A DNA stretch of 64,000 bases from Flaccisagitta enflata (Eukaryota): the NCBI GenBank assembly GCA_965153355.1, contig OZ231126.1, positions 47,492,001 to 47,556,000 on the forward strand. Reading direction: 5' to 3'. Both the position numbers and the translations under genes were made by a program. Within the stretch, counting starts at the first letter, position 1. Every line of letters begins with the position of its first letter. The notes below the pieces were generated by a model. It saw only the letters and a list, made by a program, of their open reading frames with translations. It ran no database searches and was not told the DNA's origin. Shown piece after piece: positions 54,050 to 64,000 of this stretch.

Positions 54050-56135
54050 CTAGTCTTCATCAGAATCACTATCGTCTTCATCTTCAACAAATGTATTGGC
54101 ATTTGAACATGAGGAGCCTCGACAATGCCCACAAGCCATTGAGCATTTCATTCCATGTTTCTTGCAAGTGCATCTAGCAGTTGCACAATCAGTGGTACAA
54201 TTGCATCGAATGATCTTTAAAAGCTCAGCAGGGGCTGGTGGCATATCCATCAGTACAGGATGCAATCCAGTACCTTTATGGACCCATCCCCACTCCTCTG
54301 CCATTAAATCACATTGGGGATCTTTCCATTGATTTGTTTGCAGAAAGACTTGCCTGCTATGAAATTTGGCAGCAACAGAGGTGGGAGGCAAAACTTTAGG
54401 GTCCACTTGTGTCAAGCTTGTGGCAACTTTGTCACAATATTTTTTGTATCGCAGGCCATCTAAGGTATCTGATTTTTTCCCATTGTACATTACAACAATT
54501 GCAGTTTCACCAGCATGATCGATCTGGGCTTGAGTGGCATTTGGATTGTCAAAGACTATTGCTGCTTGCTGGAGAGATTTATTTGCTTTGAATTTTTTGA
54601 TAATGGACCCTTTTCCAATACCAAATAAACGAGATGTTGCGTCGCACCCTAAAAATGCATGCAAAAATGGCATGTGTTTGCATACAAAAGAGCCTAGTTT
54701 TGCTTTGACCTCTTTAATGTTCCGCACTCGTCCTTTTGTATTTTTCTTGTGATCTGAAGCAAAGAAAATATCTTGGCCATGTTGAGGCAAATGATGTAAC
54801 AGGAGGACAAGTAAATCTGTGTCATCTCCAATCAAAACTGTATCCATTGAGGATGCTGACTCAATTGTCTTTGAGACAATGAGAAGGTCTGCATCTGCTT
54901 GGTCATAAAAAACCTGGCAGCCCTGATTTGTGAGTTTGGCGCCAAGAAAGTCAATGAATCGTTGTTTGTTTTTTGGGTAACTGAGGAATGCCTCTTTTGT
55001 GACCGTTAGAATCATATCCAGACTGAATGTAATGCTGACTCCTTTTTTTCCCTTCAATCAGTCTATGGACATTTTGATATTTGTAGATATGTCAGCAGTT
55101 TGGTATATTTCAACCCGTTAGAATCTCTCATTCTGGCATATTTCAACAGGTTGAAATCTCTCATTTTGGCACATTTCAACACGTTGAAATCTCTCATTCC
55201 ACAAGATTCATATCGGTAGAATGAAAGATTTCAACCCGTTGAAATATGCCAGAATGAGAGATTTCAACGGGTTGAAATATACCAAACTGCTGACATATCT
55301 ACAAATACAGAAATGTCCATAGACTGTCAATCGCCGCTTATGAGTCACATCTTTGGTTGTAAATTCTTTATATCCATCAAAAACTATGACAGCTTTACCA
55401 TAGTTGGTAGCAACGTACTTGTTGTAGGTTTCTAAGATGCTTTCATAAGAAGCACCTCGTGACCAAGGAATCCTGTGCAGCAGAGCACCTCCATCAAGTA
55501 CATACCTGACATTGTCAGGGATGGAAGCAGCATTAAGATTAGCTGCTGTCCATAATGTATCTGCAAGAGTTGACTTTTGGGCCTCATGAAGCAATTCTGG
55601 TGTTTCAGCAAGAGCCTTGGGTATGGTGGTCAATTCATGCTTGAAAATAGTTTCAGGATCAATATTGTCGGTCCTTACAGCAGCAACAGCAAGTTTTAGA
55701 AACAAGATGTGTGGCTCAAACTGTACAATTTCTCCATCAACTTTTACACCGTTTTTGGCACCCACGGTTATGGCCTGATCTTTCCTCTTAAAAGAAAAAT
55801 CACTTACTTTCTCTCCAATCATCTTTTCTTAAATGCTTTCACCAATGGCTTTAGCATTATCGCAATTGACTGATGGGCTTGCATGAACACCATTGGCAAT
55901 AGTGCAAAAAACCTCTCCATAATCAAATGGATTTCTTTCATGCAAGAATTCAGCTACAAGACATATATCTTTCCAATCACGACTTATCCTAGATGGTCCC
56001 AACTCAGTATGCTGCTCTCCACTTTTACTTGTGGTACTTGTCATTTCCTGTATAGTTTGATGTGCAGATGCAAAAAATGGCTGTGAAAGAGTCCATACAT
56101 TTTGCTATTCCACACTCATGCCACTCCCATGTGTC
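54050..56135 (-). pseudogene. C-terminal half of the Academ protein (XPG/PIN-like nuclease plus CXC/Cys8 finger)
   Basis: Motifs YVLDGGALL, IVFDGY, ADAD, GDDTDLLVLL, HAFLGCD.TS..FGIGK, LPPT..AA.FH, C.C...C....C.C......C...C..C....C. Disrupted by in-frame stops (TAA 55829-55831, TAG near 56105) and a MITE. Confidence 0.88.
55059..55326. mobile_element. Foldback MITE with 5-bp TSD TCAAT
   Basis: TIR CAGTCTATGGACATTT; TCAAT at 55054-55058 and 55327-55331; excision restores the host reading frame. Confidence 0.95.
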
Positions 56136-57894
56136 AAAATATTGAGCTAAATGAGCTAGAATACTCAAAAACACCCTCACAGATGAGCAGCTATGCCCAT
56201 AAACAAGTTTTCTTGTATTTGCATGCTCAAACAAGCCTGAATACACTTCCTTATTGATCCTTCTTAAAATTGAAAAAAAATAATATTTATTTAAAAAATC
56301 AATCTTTAAAAAATCATGACGCAAAAACATTTTTGTGGTAGAGCATTCTGGATGGCGCCAAATGAAAGAGAATTATCAAATTTACTTACTCTATCAATTT
56401 CATTGGAATTCCCAATCTGTCAATTGAGAGCCTCAACTTTTGCATAAGAAAATAAAAACCGTGTTTCTTTTGAAAATGTTAAAAAAACGAGGACTGACTT
56501 CGACTTTTTTCCCGTCTGTAAAAAAATCTTTTTAGCCGATATGTCGCTAGATTTTGTTTTACCTGATAAAGTAAGCCTTGAGGAACTAGGAACCACCAAA
56601 AAACTTTGTATTACATTTTTGTTAAGGTCGGGTTTACTATTTTGATTAAATCCCTCCTCTATATTGCGTGCGAAGAATGGAGATGATATTTCAGATAGAA
56701 TGATTCATTCTCTTTGGGTTGTAAACACGTTTCTCAATTCCCTCGGAAATTGGGTAATTTGGACTTTTCGTGTTACTGTTAACAAGGCCGGATACACGGC
56801 TACCCCAGTCGCGTGCGGGTGGGCAGGGGCCGTAATTGAGGTCAATGCATCATTTGGGCAGGAGCAGTGAGGCCAGAGACCGCAAAAAGCTAAGAAAAGT
56901 AAAGTGTGACGGACCGACGGACGAACCAATGTACGGACAGACCGACGGACGGACAGACGGACCGACAAAGCGGGGCGTAGCACGCGACTAAAAATAGTCA
57001 TATCAAAAACTCTGATGATTATTTGATTGACGTCCAGCCACTTTTTTTTCAAATTGCGCATGTCCATACAGTATGGGAGTGAATTTGACCTTCAACGTTA
57101 CTCAAAAAAGCCGTGATTTTCCCTCGATCACTTCGATTAAATATAATAATTGTCCTCGTTGACGAATGCCGTAATTGTTGATATGAGGGGTTTTCGCATT
57201 GGAAAAATTATCGATCGAGAAATTACATAGGGCGTGAGTCAATGACAGTCGTTTGTTTTATCTACCTTCTTTGATCAGCCTGTGCCATTGACGCGCCCTC
57301 AATTGAGCTATGATAATTGAGCTATGATAAAAAAAAGACTCCAACCGTCAATTACCGGTTTGGTCTACCGAGTTCTGTTCGCCCCGAGACAAGATCATGT
57401 GGCCCTGACTAAGAGACATAAGAAGAACAAGAGAAGTGTCGTTAGGAAGGATCTGGTTCAATCTTTTTACCTGTACTTCATGCCTTATTAAGGCAATGTG
57501 GTTGATATTTAAATTTCTAAAGGCAAACTCGTTTTAGCATAAACCTTTCAATAAGTTGAGTCAAAGTCACACAGTGGATAGCTTTTAAGATGCGTCCTCT
57601 CTTTAAAAGGGTGTATCCTTAGGAAGGAAGGAAGGAAGGAAGGAAGGAAGGAAGGAAGGAAGGATGGAAGGAAGAACCGTAGCACGAAAATTCCTCAATG
57701 CGATTTTGAGGTTTTTTCTTTATTTTTTCATCTCTTGGACATCTCTTGTCCAAGTTTGAAGTTGTCTTTAAATGCTTTATGGCACCTCTTAAAGAGGTTT
57801 ATATCGGCCTTTGGTTGGTTTGTTGGTCATTCTGTCCGAAAACAGCCTGTATCAGCTTCGTTTAGCTTAACGCCATCACAACCACTTGAAAGCA

Positions 57895-58217
57895 ACTACC
57901 ATAACAACAACCATAACCTCGAAAGCATCAACGATAACAACCTCGAAAGCATCAACGACAACAGCAACAACGACAAAGACAACAATGACGAAGGCAACAA
58001 CGACGAAGACGACAACGACGAAGTCAACAGCATTGTAGCCTACAACGACGAAAACTTCAACGACGAAGACTTCAACGACAAAGACTACATGTACAACGAC
58101 GAAGACAACGACGACAACAAAAACAAAAACAAAAACAAAAACAAAAACAAAAACAAAAACAAAAACAAAAACAAAAACAAAAACAAAAACAAAAACAAAA
58201 ACAAAAACAAAAACAAA
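57895..58217. repeat. Degenerate (AAC/GAC)n tract followed by (AAAAAC)n
   Basis: Directly visible low-complexity sequence. Confidence 0.9.
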
Positions 58218-58252
58218 TACTCTAAAATCATGCCACTACCACAGCACCTTAA

Positions 58253-59728
58253 GACACGATGAAAGTTATCGTGACACTTCAGTTTCACCAGGTGCAAAAA
58301 ATCCAACATTTTTTTTTCTAAAAATGCATGATTTACCTGATAGTACATATTAAACTTGGTAATTAACAGAAAAAATTAATGCAAAATCTCATCAAATAAA
58401 AAAATTACAGCTATTTTTAGACGAAGATACAGATTTTGACCATTTTGGCCCATTTTTGGTCTGTTTTTGGCCAGTTATAACACTGGCATGCTCTTGATAA
58501 ACACATTCATTCAAGTACTAATTAGGTTGAGAATGCTTTGTTGAAAAAAATCTAAATAACTATAACTCTTGGCAAAAAAAAACGTGATTTTTGGCCATTT
58601 TGAACCATTTTTGGCTATTTTAACCTGTACTTGGCCTGTATTTTGTCTTTAATGATCTAATTAGGACCATGAAATTTTTTTAGAGAGTGATTTCAACTCA
58701 GTTCTCTCTGGGATCAAAAGAAAAACTCAACTGGGACATAATAATTCACTAAAAATAGCAGAAAAAGGGTAATTTATCAGAAAAAATAGCAAAAAACCTG
58801 ATTTTTGAAAGGGATGCCAAATGATTGTTTATCAATGAAGGTCAGATTCGTGTTCAGCACGAAAAAATATGTTGATTAGTGATGTTCCATAGGTTTTTGG
58901 CAATTTTGGACTTGTATTTCAGTTCCTGCTTTCAAGCTTCTTGACTATAGTTGAAAATTGATAAGACATAGCAAAACAGTGAATAACAAATTTGCATGGA
59001 AAGTGAAAAATTGAAAAAACCAAAAAAATCAGACCTTCCTAAAATACTTTTTCTAAGGTCTGATTTTTTTGAAAATGCAAAATTTTCATCCATGATTGAG
59101 ATTTGTTATTCACCGTTTTTAAAATGTTTTTTTCCAAAATATGAAATTACCCTGTAAAGATTAGAAAAATCAGTAAAAACCATACTTAACATTGACCAAA
59201 TGTTATGAAATTTGATATGTAGGTAGTTGGGTGTCCCCCTCAACTACGGTAAAAATTTCAACCTTTTACTCCAACAGGAAGTGCCTTAAAAAATATTAAT
59301 AAATTTTTTTATCATTTTTTTCAAGTTTTCTTTGTCAACTGACATTTTTTATAAGATAGCAATTTAAGACTCCAAAAATGGCCCAATTATGGTAGCAAAA
59401 AAACTAATGTTACTTTGTGATTAGTTTGAGTAGATGTTGGTAAAAAACTGAGTCAAATCAGCCCTACCTAGTCAGTATTAATGGGGAAAAATTGGTGTTT
59501 AAAATTTTTGGTCCTCAAATATCCAATTTTTACTCAATATCTTTGAATCATTGAGATTTAATCACTGGTATTAATGTCTATTCTGCATGCCACTTCTAAA
59601 AAAGGTACAAGGGGGATATATTTCACTTACTGAGAAAAGATTTTTTGATTTAGATTCAATGAAAAAGATGCAAAAAACTAGAAGAAAATGGCATGAAACA
59701 TAGGTGTTCTCATTTGGTTCAGTCTGTC
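58253..59728. mobile_element. Possible Kolobok-like non-autonomous element
   Basis: TTAA on both flanks; short imperfect TIR GACACGATGAA/GACAGACTGAA; AT-rich interior. Confidence 0.45.
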
Positions 59729-60766
59729 TTAACGATTTTCACCTCCCTCTTCAAACTACCGCTCATTTCCCCCAGTCGAGTGTCTTTTTTTATTTTTATA
59801 TACGAACCTCGATGATTGAATTCATGTCGATATTTTGTTTTAACTTTGAAAGCATTTTCCAGATCCCTTTTTATGTGCGTCCTCGCACATCTGTAACAGC
59901 GTAAGAGGTCATGTCTGTCCGTCGGTCGGTCGGTCGGTCTGTTGGTCCGTCATGCAAACGTTAAAACGTAAAACCGCGCAAAACTGCCAATTTTGGCGTC
60001 ATTCCTGTAACCTCGCATGACTGCCCACTTTCATTCAGTCATTCATTCATTCATTCATTCATTCATTCATTCATTCATTCATTCATTCACTCATTCATTC
60101 ATTCATTCATTCATTCATTCATTCATTCATTCATTCATTCATTTAAAACGTTTTTATTGAAAGCGTTCATTCATACATTATTAATCAGCAAGGCGCACAT
60201 ATTGGGCATAAGTTGGCCTTGTTATTCTAGTGGTCCAGCCCCAGGAAAAAGAGTGGTCCCTGGATTTGTGCGGTGCCGACGGACTCAACACAGTTCATCC
60301 AGTCTGAGTAAACAAATCAAAATGTAGAAAAAAAAACAACAAAAAGAGTCTATAGATAAAGCGAAAATTTAAAAACGGCTGTGCGCTTTATCATTTCCAT
60401 TAGGATCTTTACAAATCTTAAGACTTTTTTGCAGTTTATCGTCGATAATTCGGAAGAAAATCTAAAACCGGTTTTAGTCGAAACAGTCAAACAAAATACA
60501 AATGTATCAACAAAACCGGTTAGTCTTTTTAGAATAAAATGTGGATCGTTACAAAATTTTATAGAATTGTAAAACTCTTGTACTGCAAAACGGGAACGAC
60601 TCATAACGCAACAAAAAGTATCCTTTATTGTTATGAATAAATGTAGCGCATTATGCTCACTCTGTAAATAAGTGTGTGACGCGGGGTTACAATATCGTTG
60701 CGGACGGCAGGGCGGGGGCGTAAAACTCTCATCCACACCCCCACCCTCCCCACACAGACTCTCTCA

Positions 60767-60877
<111 letters not shown>

Positions 60878-60878
60878 G

Positions 60879-61089
<211 letters not shown>

Positions 61090-61360
61090 AATCACAGCTG
61101 CAACACCATAAATACGCGTTTTCACATATTCCAACTCTATCAGAACGGACTAACGGACGGACCGATGGACCGAGGGTCTGAAGGACAAGCCCCCTAGAGT
61201 TGCGTGTCCGCAACTTAAGATGGTCATGTCATAGAATTCCTGCAAAATCTAAATTGATGTGTGCTAAACATATTTACAACCCACTTTTTGGTCCGTCGGT
61301 CTGTTTATCAGTCTTTCAATCTCATATGTCAATTTGATGCCTTTTTTTTTTTGCTTTGGC

Positions 61361-61392
<32 letters not shown>

Positions 61393-61559
61393 TCTTACAT
61401 CGCCGCCCTTGCCGAAAAGCTTACTATATAATTGCAGCGATCAAATCACAGGCGACTAAGGTTGCCGTGTATCCGCCCTTGTTCCCTTTTGGCTGAGCTA
61501 GGATTCTTGTGCTGGTCCTCAAAAGATAGAGAGGACGTATGCAACTATATTTCTGTATA

Positions 61560-63105
<1,546 letters not shown>

Positions 63106-63244
63106 TATGTCTATAACCAGTCTCTTGGCCCTGCAGTTGGTAGGATTTTGCTTTGCTTACTCCGTTTCGTTCATTTCCGCGAAGTTTTCGAGAAACTGGA
63201 TTTTACGTCTATTTGGGTTTCCTGTTCAGACGCCGGAGTTCCTG

Positions 63245-63372
63245 TTTTTAGGTGCGACAAAGCACCTCTATAACTGGCTGTGTCCGTTGGTTGGTCTGTT
63301 GGTCTGTCGGTCGGGTAGCGCATTCGTTCGACGATCCACACGTCGCACCTTATTGGCCTACTTGGCTTTGTT
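63245..63372 (+). mobile_element. HINE-like element, AGGTGC-hairpin subfamily
   Basis: TTTTTAGGTGC-gacaaa-GCACCT, (GTTG/GTCG)n, 3' GTCGCACCT, end GGCCTACTTGGCTTTGTT. Confidence 0.78.
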
Positions 63373-64000
63373 GATCTTATCTCTATTTAGCATCGATTTC
63401 TATATCCCATGATAAAAGCTGCTACAGCGCACATCTACAAGAATGAGGATGTTAGTTCTGGCCGCAAGTTAAAGAAACAAACAAAACAAAATTTTAAATC
63501 TTTTCTCAATGTCCATATTTGCCCTTCGATTCCAATAAAACCTGACCGGCGTTTTAATAATCTTATTTTTGAAAAACAAAATGAATGTATTTCTGAGAAA
63601 ATATGACATTGACCAATTCGTTCAAATCTTTTGTGTCCAGTTTATCACTTCACGTCAAAAATGTCATTCAATGTACAAAAACATTTTTAAAAATGATTGG
63701 TCAACTTTGATCAATCATTGATACCCCGAGGCCGGGTCAGGGTCCTCTTCTTTGCTTATCAATCAAGGCAAATTCCCTGGAAAAAAAAAACAACTTCTTC
63801 TTCTTTATCTTAACCTAACGAATAAAAGCGATGATGTAACGACGACGAGGGCCGGCTTCTCGTCTCTTTATCTGTGATCATGTTCGCCTCGATTGTCCAC
63901 GCTCCTCCGTCGTCGACCTCTTCATCCACCTCCTCCTCCTCCTCCTCATCCCAACATCATCGAAGTCGATTCACGTCTTTGAGCTCTGACATCGTCGTCA

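Larger units (their letters stand above)
53294..56661 (-). mobile_element. Academ (AcademX-type) DNA transposon, internally deleted
   Basis: TIR TAGAGGAGGGATTTAA...ACCTTAACAAAAATGTAATACA.AGTTTTTT; 3-bp TSD TAT (53291-53293, 56662-56664); encodes an XPG/PIN-like nuclease plus a Cys-rich finger. Confidence 0.85.

Noticed and set aside
57735..58262. Asn/Asp-rich 175-aa ORF
   Set aside because: Low-complexity AAC/GAC repeat without ATG context or splice support.
63880..64000. Ser-rich open frame (MFASIVHAPPSST...) running off the window end
   Set aside because: May be the start of a neighbouring gene, but only 40 low-complexity codons are visible.

Overview
AT-rich, microsatellite- and transposon-dense animal DNA. 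It is probably arthropod (possibly crustacean), inferred from an ITG/prohormone-3-like gene. Manual splicing gives five host genes, all on the + strand and all with signal peptides. They are a 2-exon Cys-ladder repeat protein (3669-4741), three tandem 5-exon C-type lectin paralogs with a shared ~70-aa C-terminal domain I do not recognise (8747-11338, 12952-16320, 19917-21536), and a 4-exon shortened ITG-like/prohormone-3-like Cys-rich protein (34865-49350). Most of the rest is nested mobile DNA. It includes a 7-kb CACTA/EnSpm-type element holding a Penelope-like RT fragment and a Chapaev-like element, an internally deleted Academ element split by a MITE, many hAT, Tc1/pogo, Transib-like and foldback MITEs, several Helentron/HINE-like families (one carrying a satellite), a minimal hammerhead ribozyme, and a MITE with two divergent tRNA-like Pol III units. 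Most ORFs in the supplied track are microsatellite artefacts. All family assignments come from motif recognition by eye, not database searches.
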